Shown here: piece by piece, positions 38,703-52,911 of the stretch | How positions within the stretch are numbered: the stretch's first letter is position 1 | Layout of the letters: every line of letters starts with the position of its first letter | Origin: Octopus vulgaris | Taxonomy: Eukaryota | Reading direction: 5' to 3' | Assembly: GCA_951406725.2 (NCBI GenBank) | Contig: OX597815.1 | Span: 162,998,001 to 163,062,000, forward strand | Length of the DNA: 64,000 nucleotides | Made by a program: the position numbers and the translations under genes | The notes under the pieces: generated by a model | What the model was told of the DNA's origin: nothing | Databases searched by the model: none | The model's input: only the letters and a program-made list of their open reading frames with translations

Positions 38703-39367
38703 TTTTTAGGTCCACTTTTTTCATGTGTTGGATAACAGTTGTTGAAGTACTATTAATATTTTACACTTGGCTGCTCTCCCTGATACCAAACCTTGTTTTG
38801 AATTAAGGTTTGGTGGTATTCTCTTCATTGATTTCAACTTAATATTTAAACTACATTGCAATCTGCACAGGGCTTGACTGCAGCCAGCCATAATGTCTCT
38901 TCAAAAACATGAGATGTAAAGAAAAAGTTAATACCACAGTAGAAGATTAACTTGTCTTTCTCACATCATTATTATTTTTCTTTAGTTTACTTTTCACATG
39001 AAGCTTTTTAAAAGATTGTTTAAGGTTTTTCTTTTACTGTCAGTGATTTGAGTACAAAGCAGATAGACATGACAACCCTTTATTTGGGGTCAATTCACAA
39101 CCATACTTGATGGTATTGATTGATCAAGTGTGGCTATGTGGTAAAAAGCTTGCTTCCCAGCCATATGGTTCTGAGTTCAGTCCCACTGTGTGACACCTTG
39201 GGCAACACTTTCAGGTATCCTTATAAATTTTGCTGAGCCAAATCAACAGAAAAGATATCCTTTCACTTATTTTAGTCATTGGACTGTGGCCATGCTGGGG
39301 CACTGCCTTGAAAGGTTTTTGCTCAACAAATCAATCCCAATACTTACTTATTAAAGAATAGTATTTA

Positions 39368-40003
39368 GGCACAGGAGTGGCTGTGTGGTAAGTAGCTTGC
39401 TTACCAACCACATGGTTCCGGGTTCAGTCCTACTGCGTGGCACATTATGCAAGTGTCTTCTACCATAGCCTCGGGCTCACCAAAGCCTTGTGAGTGGATT
39501 TGATAGACAGAAACTGAAAGAGGCCTGTTATATATATATATATGTATATATATGTGTATGTGTATGTATGTGTCTGTGTTTGTCCCCCCACCATCACTTG
39601 ACAACCGATGTTGGTGTGTTTATGTTCCCGTAACTTAGCAGTTTGACAAAAGAGAATGATAGAAAAGTACTAGGCTTACAAAGAATAAGTCCTGGGGTAT
39701 GGCTGCAATCAAAATGACTGAAACAAATAAAAGAAGGAAAGAATAAAAATTCTATTGATCTTATTTGCCAAACTACTAAATTACAGAGATGTAAACAAAC
39801 CAGCACTGGTTGTCAAGCAGTGGTTGTAGGACTAACACACACACACACATGATGGGCTTCCACACCAAATTCACTCACAAGATATTGGTCTGCCTGGGGC
39901 TATGGTAGAAGACACTTGCTCAAGATACCACACCATGAGACTGAACCCAAAATCATGTGTTTGCAAAGTGAGTTTCTTAACCACACAGCCACGACTGTGC
40001 CTA
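39368..40003. mobile_element. SINE family A copies in opposite orientations (39368-39735 +; about 39750-40003 -)
   Basis: The family A pattern appears on both strands, adjacent. Confidence 0.8.
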
Positions 40004-40126
40004 TATCAGAAGTCTATGACAAAGAGCAAAATGAAAGCAGGGAACAATAAGCCAAAAGAATATACAAAGCTGAAAGATTCTGGAAAATCAAGAAAAATCA
40101 ACAGAAGCCTTTTGTATCTCAGTAGC

Positions 40127-40182
<56 letters not shown>

Positions 40183-40841
40183 TAACAGGCTTTCACACTG
40201 TTTCCATCAACCAAATTAATTCACAAGGCATTGGTCAGCCGAGAGCTTTAATAGGAAACATTTACACAAAGTGTTGTGCGGTGAGACGGAACCTAAAACC
40301 ATGCAGTTACAAAGTGAGCTTTTTAACCACCCAACTATACATGTAAATATGTGTGTGTCAGACAAATCTAGAGTAATCCTAAAAAAGAAAACACTTTAAA
40401 GATGGTGCTCCAGCAGAACAGCAATCATGAGGGCTAAAACAAGCTAAAGGAATAATCTTATATTGATATGTGTTAGTTGCTGTTTTAAAAAGATTTCCTG
40501 CAGTGCTTTTAGGAAAATTCAAGATATTTAAAAAAGTTTTGTACTAAAAATCTCTTACATTATCGGTTTTTTTAAATTATTTTTTTTACTGGATTTATAT
40601 TGATAGGAGGCTTATGCTATTTTTGGAAGGTCCAAACATGTTTAAAAATACATTTGGAAGGAAAATGGGAAAGTGTGTATATGTGAGAGAGAGGATAAAA
40701 GCCTAGAGAGATTATAGTTCATAGTGTGTTTTCACTGAAGGCAGAATTTGTCTAGTTAGACCTAAAGTGGAAGGAAATTAAGAGGATTAGTTGATAGTGA
40801 CAAGAATATTGTCGCCATTCTAAGTTTTATCCATTCTTATA

Positions 40842-41393
40842 TAGGGTGTCCATAAAGATGCTATACGGTTATTTGTAATAAAGAACTATCATGGTTAGAC
40901 TAAAATGATTTTCAGAAAATATATGTATTACATCAGAAAATATTGTAACAATATTGGCAATCAATTTCATTTACTACAGTTATGATTAAATGTTCAAATT
41001 GAAAGTCATTAGCTTCAATGTATTCTTGACGTGAAAGCACATTGTGATAAACTTTGGTGTACAAGTCTGGATCGAGGTTAGCAAATGCATCAATAATGAA
41101 CTGCTGAATATCTTCAATACTTCTTGGCTTCCTCTGACTTATAAACTTGGCTTCCTTGACTTGCAAAATTGAGACCTACGATCAGGATCATCCTCCAGAA
41201 GTCTGTGAATTAGGCATAGAATATAAGGTTTCATATTGAGTTTTGTAAGTATTTTATATAGTGATGTTCATTTGGTACCAATTTCTGAACTACCATGGCA
41301 AATTGATTTCTTTGGGAGTCTTACATATGCCTCAGCAACTGTATCATAGAGTTGTTTTCAGCCAAACTGTATCATAACTTTATGGACACCATG
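40842..41393 (-). mobile_element. Internally deleted Tc1/mariner-superfamily element
   Basis: TIRs (t/c)AGGGTGTCCATAAAG / CTTTATGGACACCATG with TA flanks; transposase C-terminus KPRSIEDIQQFIIDAF...IEANDFQFEHL on the minus strand. Confidence 0.8.
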
Positions 41394-41444
41394 TATATAT
41401 GAATCAGTTCTGTTTGATTATATAGTCACATGACACACTTCTAG

Positions 41445-42156
41445 TTCAGGTTTTGAACTTGTGGATCAAGTATTAGACTCATAGATCAAGTATTGAATTA
41501 GGGGATCAAGTATTACATTTAGCAGGCCAAGTAGTGAACTTGTGATGCAAGTGCTTGAAATTCTGGATCAAGTATATATTTTTGGATCAAGTATTAGGCT
41601 TTTGAACCAAATATTGAATTTGCAGATCAAGTTTTGAATTTATAGATCAAGAAATTATCTTGTCGATCATGTATTATAATTGCAACTCAAGTTATACCTG
41701 CGGCTCAAATATTATGCTTTCAATACAAGTGTTATTTTCATAATTCAAGCATCACGCTTTCAGCTCAAGTTTTATACTTGCAACAGAAATATTATACATA
41801 AAGATCAAATATGTTTTTTCAAGCTCAAATATTGTACTTGAAGCTCAAGTGCCACACTTGCAGCTCAAATATAATACTTGAAGTTAACATTCTATTCTTG
41901 CAACACAAGTCTTATACGTGAAACTCAAATATTTGTAGCTCAAGTATAATAAATTTTCAGCTCAAGTTTTATACTTTCTGCTCAAATATAATACTTGCAA
42001 TGAACTTTCTATTCTTGCAACACGAGTCTTATATTTGAAACTCAAATATTGTGCTTGAAGCTTAAGTATTATACTTCCAGATCAAATATTGAACTTGTAA
42101 CTCAAGTATTATAACTACTGCTCCAGTATTATGCATACAGTAGCAGCAGCAGTAGC

Positions 42157-42223
<67 letters not shown>

Positions 42224-42800
42224 TGGGGGAATGAGCTGTAACCACCATTTGATTCCTTACCCCTGTCAGATGACACACTTGCACCACTCAGGTAACAACC
42301 TTCTGACCCATGGGTCTGGATACTCGTTACTGGCTATGGTTACATGAGATCAGAGAACAAATCCTACCTCAACTTCTTTTAGTCACCTTTTACTGCTTGC
42401 AAAGGAAATGTTGGGTCTATTCTTTGACACGCTAGTCCCATGCAGCACATATGCTTATAGCTCAAATATAATACTTGCAGCTCAAGTGTTAGACTTCTAT
42501 ATACTTGCAGTGTAAGTATCATAGTTGCAACTCAAGTATTATGCTTGCAGATCAAGTCAAGTATTATACTTGATCCATTGTTATGGTTGCAGCTCAAATA
42601 TAGCACAGAGAGCTCAAGTGTTATGCTTGCAGCTCAATTATTATATTCGCAGTTCAAGTTTTACACTTGCATTATCAGTATTTTATTTGAAACTCAAATA
42701 TACTTACAGCTCAAATATTATACTTGCAATTCATGTATTACACTTGTAGCTTAAATAAGTTACTTGAAGATCAAGTAGGAGACTGCCATCTCAAATATTA
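41445..42800. repeat. 20-bp minisatellite (consensus approx. GCAGCTCAAGTATTATACTT), interrupted at about 42138-42450
   Basis: Period-20 recurrence of ctcaag/gatcaag...atacttg over about 1 kb. Confidence 0.9.
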
Positions 42801-43280
42801 AAATTTGCTATCACAAAATACACTTCAGCTTATCTCTCTGGAAACAACATAATGTTTTGCATAATATTGTAAGTCATGGACCACCAACAAAAGAAAACCT
42901 AGGAACAATTTTATTGATTCAGAAAAAAACTAAACATTAATGAATTTAATGAAAATTATATGAAAATTTTTGAGAAATCTTCATATTTGTGGCATAATCC
43001 AAAGTGAACTGTGATAATTTTTTTTTCAATTAAACAACACAAAAATACTTGAATTGAGGAAAAGATAAGTGAAAGATTTAGTTAGTTTTTTTTATTCAGA
43101 TTTTGTAATGAACTAGACAGAGTTTTCTGTTGCACTAAATCTTGTTAGATTTTTCTACTAATACTTGTTTAAGGGCAAATTATGCTAAAATGTCAGTACC
43201 TACACACACACATGCACACACACATACACAAACAAACACATACAGAGAGAGCTTATATGCATATATACATATTCATACCT

Positions 43281-43321
<41 letters not shown>

Positions 43322-43828
43322 TGCATACATTTGCACACATACATACATATACATACGTAAATACATACGTTCATACAGACATGCATACATGCATACATAC
43401 ATACATACATACATACATACATACATTCATACAGACATGCATACATACATACATAAATACATACAAACATGTACATACATATATACACACATGAGTTTAT
43501 GTGTACACACATGCATACATATATACGAATATATGTATACATACATACATACACACACACATACATACATACATGCATGCATACTTATGTATTCCCTTAT
43601 AGATTCTCTATTTTTGTTTTGCGTCCATGATACTCCTAAATCCATTAAACTGACATTTCAAGACCTTCACCATCTCATTTTCAATTTAAACTGTTGTAAT
43701 GCTATAGAATTCTGCCCATTCTGAAGTAGATTGCCAAGGGTCTTGGCAATAATTTTACAATTAATAAAATCCAAAATACTGGATTGAAAATTATGCAATT
43801 GAAAATCCTGCTAGAATTAATGGTATCA

Positions 43829-43873
<45 letters not shown>

Positions 43874-44055
43874 CTTTTATCTTTTATTTGTTTCAGTCAT
43901 TAAACTGCGACCATGCTGGGGCATCTCTATGAAGAAATTTTAGTAGAATGAATCAAGTACAGTGTTTAATTTTTTTAAGCCTGGTACTTATTCTATTGGT
44001 CTCTTTTTGTCGAATTGCTAAGTTTCAGGGGCATAAACACACCAACACTGACTGT

Positions 44056-44892
44056 CATGTCATTGAAAGTATTCTCCATTTAAAGCAATGCATTGGTCCA
44101 GACGTGTTTTCTACTGTTGGAAGTAGTGCTGGAATGCTTGCTAAATGATGCCTTTCAATGCTTTCGTCGTTTTTTCTTCACCTCCTCCATATCTACAAAT
44201 TCCGTAGCCCCAGCTTTCGCCACTGGTGCTGACCTTCGAAAAAAGGTCTGGATCAACTTCCACTTGTTCTTTCAGTTCATGACATGCATTCTGCCATGAC
44301 CGCTTTTGATCTTCCATGAGCAAGTGAGGCACAAAGTTTTGCTGCAACTTTTTCCATGCACAATTCCTCTCTCAAATTTCATTGGCAGGAGCTCCAGGAT
44401 ACTTCATTCATATCAACAAGTTCATCGATTGTTCAGTGATGGTCTTCCAAGATCAGTTCAGGAATTTTCATGATGCATGATGTTTTTATTCTTTCGGGAG
44501 GCCTATGGTCACTCTGAATGAGATTGGTCCTCAAGTGACAAGTGACCATTCCTAAAGCATGAAAACCACTTGTAAGCTTGTGCCTTTACCTATGGCAGTG
44601 GCCTTGTATGCTGTTTGAAGCATGACAACTATTACAGCTGCTCTTTCCCCCAGCAGTAAACAGAATTTTATGGAAGCATGCTGTTCCTTTGTTTTAGCCA
44701 TTGCAAAAATCAACGAACAGGGGAGAAACACTGCAAAACAAAGACTCTCCATGTGACAGTATGACTTCACTGGACAATACTGGTCAGCAGACTGATGCCT
44801 GAAGGTTGCATCAAGTGGCTTCTAGCAATGGAAGCCAGAACTACAATGAGCTTGTTCCACAGAACATTTCCGTACTTTTTGGTACGACCTCA
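44056..44892 (-). mobile_element. Degenerate mariner transposon with internal deletion
   Basis: MAKTKEQHASIKFCLLLG..., NFVPHLL..QK...TSGESWGYG fused directly to FVDMEEVKKKTTKALKGI...CIALNGEYF; 5' TIR ta|tgaggtcgtaccaaaaagtacggaaatg. Confidence 0.85.
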
Positions 44893-44966
44893 TACATACT
44901 GAAGTACATATACTCAGGCATAAAGTACATACAAAGAAACATACATAAAGATTTGATTCATTAGTA

Positions 44967-45285
44967 CAAGGGTTCTCAACCATTTTTTATTTATGAACCC
45001 CCTAGGCCTTTTGATGTTTAAAAACTAGTTTTATAGAAACTTGTTTCAGAATTTCTATTTTGTTTCTCACACATTAGCTTGCTTAGGTTAATCTATGTAA
45101 AATGTTAGAGAAAGAAACCTAGCTGTTTCTTGCAATACATACCAATACATACATCTAAAGCAAAATCTTTTCAGGGGCCCTTAAAATATTATTGTGAATT
45201 CCCAATTTTCAATTTTGTTGCATGGACCCCAAAAAATCTTCTATGGACCTTTAGCTGCCATATGGACCCCAGTTCAGAACCACTG
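44967..45285. mobile_element. hAT-type MITE
   Basis: CAAGGGTTCTCAAC ... GTTCAGAACCACTG; 8-bp TSD cattagta / cattagaa. Confidence 0.85.
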
Positions 45286-45835
45286 CATTAGAATCTCACA
45301 TACACACACACACACATAGACACAGATGCATATATATATATATATATATATACTCACAAGAATGCTTATGACTCTACACATATGCACATAATGACCAGGT
45401 ATTACATACAATTGTACATATGCACAAATTCATGCATATACACAAATACAAACACTTTACACACATACACACAACCACACACACACACACATACGCACAC
45501 ATACAAACAGTCACAAACACACACCTACACCTTAAAAAATTCTCATCACATAACTTCACCATTGCTATGTTTGAACAAGTCACTGAGTTCAAAATCAAAT
45601 ATATGTTGTCCCCAAGAATCTGCTATTTCTTTTTAGATTATTTATTGGTGACAGAATAATAATAAAATTCAAAGTGTTACAATTGTAGTGCCTGATCTGC
45701 TCTAATCCAGTTTGATCCAATCTGGTTTAGTTCCATTCAGTTTGATTTAATCCCACCCAATCTTATTTAATCCTGTCCAGGCTGATTCAATCAACATTAG
45801 CCAAATGAAAGTTGCACCACTCATTCAAAAGATAT

Positions 45836-46070
45836 TTAAACCTTTAGCATTCAGATTTTCCTGTCAAAATTAATGCTTATTTATTCACATAGTTTTGAAT
45901 TAATAATGCATTATCTTGTAGCTATGAGATTTTGATGATGTAACTGTTCATTTTTAGAATGATGTTGTAGGGTTGGTGAGAGAGGCCAGATCTGGTTAGC
46001 TTTGAACATAAAACTAGTAAAACATTTTGGATGGAGATGGATATGGCCAGATTAAATGCTAAAAGGTTAG
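45836..46070 (+). mobile_element. piggyBac-type MITE (CCCTTTAGCATT family)
   Basis: Homologous to 61539-61759 and, in reverse, about 52192-52410. Confidence 0.7.
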
Positions 46071-46312
46071 GTAAAGTCACTGAGTAGGGTAAATACAGAG
46101 GCAGAGCTAAAAACAGAGGGGTTCAACTGGAGAGAAGCAGAAAAGACAGCCCAGAGTGAAAATCATTGGAGAAAACTCTTTGGTGCCTTATGCCTCTTTA
46201 GATGTGAAGGGCTTAAGTAAGTAAGACATAAGCAGACAAGCATTTTGTTTGTTGCATGGTGACAAGCATCCCTGGATACATACACATGTGTGAATGCAAA
46301 TGAGCCAAATGT

Positions 46313-46730
46313 CATCATCATCATCATCATCATCATCATCGTTTGACGTCTGTTTTCCATGCTAGCATGGGTTGGACGGTTGGACCAGGGTCTGGGAAGC
46401 CAGGAAGCTGCACCAGGCTCCAGTCTGATATGGCAGTGTTTCTACAGCTGGATGCCCTTTCTAATGCCAACCACTCCATAGTGGCTGCTTTTTACATGCC
46501 ACCGGCACAAGGGGCCAGGGGAGGCTGGCAACAGCCACAATTGGTTGGTGCTTTTTACATGCCACCAGCACAGAAGCCAGTCACGGTGGCACTGGCATCG
46601 GCCACGTTCGGATGGTGCTTTACACGTGCTACTGGCACGGGTATCACAACTACAATTTCCATTTGATTTTTATTTCGACGTTGATGTACTTGACTCAATA
46701 GGTCTCCTCAAGCACAGCAGGTCGCCCTAC
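46313..46730 (-). mobile_element. SINE-like family C
   Basis: (CAT)n followed by the reverse-complement tail and tandem units. Confidence 0.8.
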
Positions 46731-47142
46731 GATCCAAGGTAAGCACAGCAGGATGTATGCAAATGTTTGTATAATAATCAGAATCTGTATATATGTTTGT
46801 TAAAAGCAAATAGGTAATAAAAGTAGAGTTGATATAATGAAGCAAGGCTACAAGCTGGTAGAATGGTTAGCATGCTGGGCCAAATGTTTAGCAGTATTTT
46901 GTCCGTCTTAATTTTCTGACTTCAAATTCCACAAAGGTTGACTTTGCCTTTCATCCTTTCAGGGCTGATAAAATAAGTACCAATTGAGCACTGGGGTTGA
47001 TGTAATCAACTTAACCCCTTCCCAAAATTGCTGGCCTTGTGTCAAAATTTGAAACCAATATAGTGAAGAAACAGTATCTGTTATTTTATATGTCTGTATG
47101 TGTGCTACCATAACTTTAAATGCTTATGTGTTTATCTTTCAG

Positions 47143-47299
47143 CTATGGAGATTTCCAGGCTTTTGTACGTCAAAAGAAGAACAAAACTTACATACTCAAG
47201 CCTGAATCTGGTTGCCAGGGCAAAGGAATATGGGTGACAAAAAGCATCAAAGACATTAAAGCCAATGAACACATGATATGTCAGCTGTATATATCAAAG
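47143..47299 (+). CDS. TTLL6: Internal exon of TTLL6/13-like gene: (D)YGDFQAFVRQKKNKTYILKPESGCQGKGIWVTKSIKDIKANEHMICQLYISK
   Basis: Acceptor tttatctttcag|, donor |gtaagc; 157 nt, phase 2 to phase 0 (ga+c = Asp across the junction). ATP-grasp motifs IxKPxxGCQGKGI and ICQxYI. Confidence 0.96.
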
Positions 47300-47376
47300 G
47301 TAAGCTACTATTAGGATAACCAAACAGTTAAATACTAAAAGATATGTATTACAGTAATGTATAAGGGGTCATGTTG

Positions 47377-48077
47377 AGGCGCAATGGCCTAGTGGTTAGG
47401 GCAGTGGACTTGCAGTCGGAAGATCGCGGTTTCAATTCCCAGACCAGGAGCGAAAACACCTAAAGCTCCATGGCAGAAATGTTAGTATGCTGGACGAAAT
47501 GCTTAGTGGTATTTCATCTGCCATTATGATCTGAGTTCAAATTCCACTAAGGTCAACTTTGCTTTTCATCCTCTTGGGGTCGATAAATTAAGTACCAGTT
47601 ACACACTGGGGTTGATGTCTGTCCTTGTTTGTCCCCTCTATATTTAGCCCCTTATGGACAATAAAGAAATAAGAAATAAGGCGCAGGAGTGGCTGTGTGG
47701 TAACTAGCTTGCTTACCAACCACATGGTTCCCTTTCAGTCCCTCTGTGTGGCACTTTGGGCAAGTGTCTTCTACTATAGCCTCAGGCCGACCAACGCCTT
47801 GTGAGTAGATTTGGTAGACAGAAACTGAAAGAAGCCCGTTGTATATATGTATATGTATATATGTGTGTGTGTATCTGTGTTTGTCTCCACAACATCGCTT
47901 GACAACCGATGCTGGTGTGTTTACATCCCCGTAACTTAGCAGTTTGGCAAAAGAGACCGATAGAATAAGTACTAGGCTTACAAAGAGTAAGTCCTGGAGT
48001 CGATTTGTCCGACTAAAAGGTGGTGCTCCAGCATGGCCACAGTCAAATGACTGAAAGAAGTAAAAGAGTAAAGGAGT
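47377..48077 (+). mobile_element. Stacked SINEs: family D head, family B body, full family A copy (47680-48077)
   Basis: Three consecutive family matches on the same strand. Confidence 0.8.
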
Positions 48078-50969
48078 AATGTTGCAAGAAACCTATAAAC
48101 CATTGTGTGAACCATTGACATGTATCATGGATGGCACCATTATTTCAAATGGGAAGAGAAGAACATCCGTTGAACATGATCCTAAAATTGCACGACTGTC
48201 TGTGTTAACAGACAATAGTTACATTCTGAAATTGCATGTTGCTGTGTTGCATGAAAATTGTTGGTTAATTGCTTGTAAAGTTTCTAAACAAATGGACATC
48301 CATAAAATTTCGTTTTGAGCTTTGTCGGCTCATTAACAGTTACTTTTATTTTGGCAGTAAAAAAAAATATTACATGTAAAAAGAGTGGAGTAGCAGGAAA
48401 ATGCAGGTGTAGGAACCTGGAAAAAAGCACAGAACAAGAAGTAGAAGCTTAAAAACTTGCAGCTGAAGTTGGAATTGAAATTTTAAAGAAAGTTTTTTTT
48501 GTTTCTTTCAAATCATCACAAACATCATCATCATCATTGTCATCATCACCATCATCATCAATTAATGTCTGTTTAAATGATGACGACGATGATGATGATT
48601 TGAAAAAAACAAAAAAACAACAAATGTAAAAATATACCCACTTTAGTTTTTGATTCCTCCATGCATGAGGGAAATTCTCCTTGGAACTTCCTATATTTAC
48701 ACTCTATGAAATATTATAAAACATGGAGGATGATGAAAAGAGTGTTGAAACACTCATAATGGAATTGTAGCCTGTCCTTCAAAATTTTAATATTTTTAGT
48801 TACCATACTCTTATTTTTTTTAACAACCTCTCGCTGAGCTGACATTTGGGCATATAGGAATATGAACTCATTTAGTTGGGAAGAGTGACTAGGATGTACT
48901 TTAACTTGCCTAGTAAAAGTCATATTGGCAATAATATCCTGCCAGTTAAGAAATAATGAGATTTAAATGGTGTGGTGGTTTTAATGAGGTCTATGTTTCT
49001 ACACTGAAAAATGAAAAAAAAAAATTATCCCACCACAAAAGACAAAGGATTCAGACTCTGTCCTCATGAAGCTCTGGACATCTTATATTCTTGGCCTCTC
49101 GGTGCCCAGAAACTTACACCCTCAATATTTATGTTTTCCATAAAACTTGACTTATAAGTCAAGTCTTATGGAAAACATAAAGGCATATCATTTAATTTAT
49201 CTTCCTCAGTTTCAGCATAAACTATTGGATATATTCGCAGTTAGATGTGCATATTAATGAGGGAAGCAAAATAGTCCTTCAAATTTAAATTTAACCACAT
49301 TAACATTACCAACATGCTGCTTAAGTGAACACTAGGTTCTTATTTTATGTTTTCCCCATTTTTTTTTTATCGAAAGCCAGCCCAAAAGGCATATTGTTTA
49401 GATTTAAATTACAATTTCAACCATAATATTTTTAAGCTTCAACTTTTCTTGTCCTATACTTTTCCAGGCAATATCAACTGAAACAAAGGGAGGTGTGTGC
49501 GCATGTGCATATGTATGTGTGTGTCTGTCTATCTGTCTGGCTGTGTCTGTGTTTGTGTGTCTTCTCATTCAAAAAAAAAAAAAAGAAGCCCCATTTGCAT
49601 GAATATACCATAATACCCATCCATAATTAACACACTGTATAATATGAATAACAATCAAATGAATATTCAATACATGAAGTATACTGTATATAGTAAGAAA
49701 AATTCCTCTCAGTACCTGAATAATTAAATACAATCTGAATTTTCACTGAATAAATAAATTAACAGGAGAGGGTATATGAATTAATGACCTTTATGTTTGT
49801 GGGCTTCAGGTAGTCTCAATATCTTATTAGATTTATAATTTCATTATACTGCAGCCGAGTCGTAGCTGATTTTAAGTTAAAATTCTTCTGATAGTCAATT
49901 TGACATCAGACTCAACTCCAGATTAGATCTGCTCCAAGATAAATTCTGTTCCTAGATTAACTTTCTTTATGATTTTAATTTGTTTATTTATTTAACTGAT
50001 AATAGCTCTTTGAAGAATCACAAAACAACTTGAAAAAAATGTTTATATCTGAAAAGTTTATTTACGTTCTGCCTTTAATGAATTCAAAAATGAAGAGTAG
50101 CAACACCAAATTCTTTTCTAAAAAGACTAAAAGTCTTTTGGCATTATTTACTAGATTATTGTTGCTGTTGTTATTATTTAGCTTAAGATCAGCTCCAGCC
50201 AAGAAGAATTCTGTTCAAAGATATTTCTACCAAACCAAAATCGTAGCTATGGCCAGTGCCCCCTGACTGGCTCCCATGCTGGTGGCACATCAAATGCACC
50301 ATCCGAACATGGTCGATTCCAGGTTCGCTTGACTGGTTCCCATGCCAGTGGCATGTAAAAAGCACTATCCAAACATGATCAGTGCCTGGGCCGTCTGACT
50401 GGCTCCTGTGCTGGTGGCACATAAAAAGCATCCACTACACTCTCAGAGTGGCTGGCGTTAGGAAGGGCATCCAGCTGGAGAAACATTGCCAGATCAGATT
50501 GGAGCCTGGTGCAGCTGCTGGCTTTCCAGACCTGAGTCAAACCGTCCAACCCATGCCAGCATGGAAAATGGACGTTAAATGATGATGATGATGATGGTGA
50601 AACATCATGTTATTTATTTTTTTTACCATTTTTTTTTTTTAATCTGAGACTACATTATTCAAAGTGTCCTCTTTTTTGAAGATTGTAGTGTGTGATATAA
50701 AGTTTATTTGATTGCTATTTCCAACCAATTGAGCAATCATTTAGAGTTTTCTTAATTGGTTTGTTAACTATTGTAATGTTATTTCTTAACATCAAGTCAG
50801 ACTTAATGAAGCAGATTTATGATTAAAGGTATTCTAGCCAGTAACATCCTCCTACTTTATTTTTCTTCCCTTTTAGGCCTGCAAGCCTATATTATCCAAG
50901 TGGTGTTCTTTGTTTTTTGAAGATGATAGGATGTGATAATAGAGGAGATTTAGCAGCTACTAGATAAAA

Positions 50970-51582
50970 GGGATCTTTTTGGTTGCAATCATAAATTTGA
51001 GAATTTTAAAATTAAGAAAAAATTTGAGAATTTTAGAATTCAGAAAAAATTTTTTAATTTGGTGTACTGATGTAATTTTTCACGCTGAATTTGAGATTCC
51101 TTTATTCCAGAAAAAAAAATTAGGAAAATGTTACAGTGATTCAAAGCTGAATAATTTTTAGCCAATCAGAAAAGAGGGATCAGGAACTGGCATTTTCTGT
51201 GTGATAACTTCTGTCACAAAATGATTTCCATCAAAATTTGTGGTGGTGGTGGTTGTGATGGCAAAAATGTCACAGTCATGCTTGTACAGCATCCTTGTTA
51301 CAATGCAAACAGGGCAGACTACATCTTTGCTTGTTTCTATAGAAACATACACTAATGTGAGATTTAAAGCCATGTATATAATGGTGGCTATCCATTGGCT
51401 AAAATTACCCAAAATTTGCAAACTTTAAAAGCTATTAGTATTATTATTTATTAATCAATGTCAAAAGTGAATTTCATTTTCATAATTAACATGCAAAACT
51501 AAACTGGTATACCAAATTTGAAAACAGTTAGAACAAAAAGTGAAAAAAATATGAAATCTCTGATAGCGACCAGAAAGATCCA
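50970..51582. mobile_element. TIR element with GGGATC ends
   Basis: gggatctttttggttgcaatca versus tgatagcgaccagaaagatcca; weaker inner inverted similarity at 51056-51104 / 51464-51519. Confidence 0.6.
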
Positions 51583-52911
51583 TGGGGAAACTAGATGCTA
51601 GATTTTATAAGAATGTTTCTTACTCATGTGTGTAATGCTAAAAATTCTTGTAGCAATGTTTTTGATGTTGGAAATAACTATGTGAACACAGAAATTATCT
51701 CACTGCCATCATATCTCAACAGCTCTCATACCTAATTTGGGTTTATCTTGCAACCAGGTAGTCAGAAGAGAGGATAGAGGAGAGAAAAGCCCCTAGTCAT
51801 AACAGACTTTTCAAACTTTTAAGATAGATTCAGTTGATGTTTATCTGGAAATTTACAGCTGTAGTCTTGCTGATTTTTTATTTTTAAAAGGTATCTCTAG
51901 CCTTTAAGGAAATCTACTATTTAGAATTTTACCCTCTGTTTTCCTCTATACAACCTAGTTAAGATTGGTTTCAAATATTAGCACAAAGCCAGCAATTTCG
52001 GATGAGGGGGAATATTGATTATAATGACCCTAGTATTCAACTGGTACTTATAGATGAAATGTCATTAAGCATTTTGCTTGGCATGGTAACACTTCTGCCA
52101 GCTCACCACCTTCAACCTAGTTAATGTTGTCAAGATATACGGTCTATTCTCTAACATCTTCTTGTGATCCCTTGTGTACTTTTTACCTTGGCCCTTTAGC
52201 ATTTAAACTGGCCCCATCAGGTCTTAATATCCTCCCTGTTTTATGTTCAAACAAGCCAGATCTGTCCTTTCATACTTATCCTACAATGTCATTCTAAAAT
52301 AAACAATCACATCATAAAAATCTCAGAGCTGTGAGATAATGCAGGATTAATTTGAAACAATGGGAATAAACAACAAACATTACATTTACAGAGTAACCTG
52401 AATGCTAAAGTACTAGATATAAAATAGTTGGCTTTAGTCAGTTCTCATATCTTACAAAACTTTATATATTTCCTCATCACTAAATTAAAACTAAGGAAGT
52501 TAATTAGCAAAACCATTAGAGTATTTGATACAGTGACTTAACATTATTTATTCCAAGTCCCTGTGATCTGACTTCAAATCTCATGATGGTCAACTTGGCC
52601 TTTTATCATTGCAGGAGGTTGATAAATTAAATATCATTGATAGATTTTGTAGAATTTATAGAGCATTGAACAAAATTCCTTGCAATTTCTGTTTTGGTTT
52701 TTCTCATTCTGTGTTCAAACTCTACCAAGGTGCCATAATTATCACTAATTGCTAATTATTGCTGACTACAGGAGCACTCTAACTAACCTGCGGTTGGTCA
52801 GTTTGAACACATAGATTACAATAGCATAGATAATATTACATCATCATGCCAAGCTCCACCAAGTTGTAGATCAAAAATGCATAAATGGAATGGAAAAATT
52901 ATCTCTTAGAT

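Noticed and set aside
38322-38806. Pro/His/Thr-rich ORFs
   Set aside because: (ACC)n low-complexity artefact.
41445-42800. Possible CRISPR-like array
   Set aside because: Contiguous 20-bp units with no unique spacers, eukaryotic intron context and no cas genes.
43142-43724. His/Thr/Tyr/Ile-rich ORFs (also at 1062-1377, 5085-5415, 56695-57578 and others)
   Set aside because: Translations of (CA)n, (TA)n and (CATA)n microsatellites.
48079-48318. ORF weakly resembling a mariner N-terminus (RTSVEHDP)
   Set aside because: Too degenerate and no TIR identified; left unannotated.
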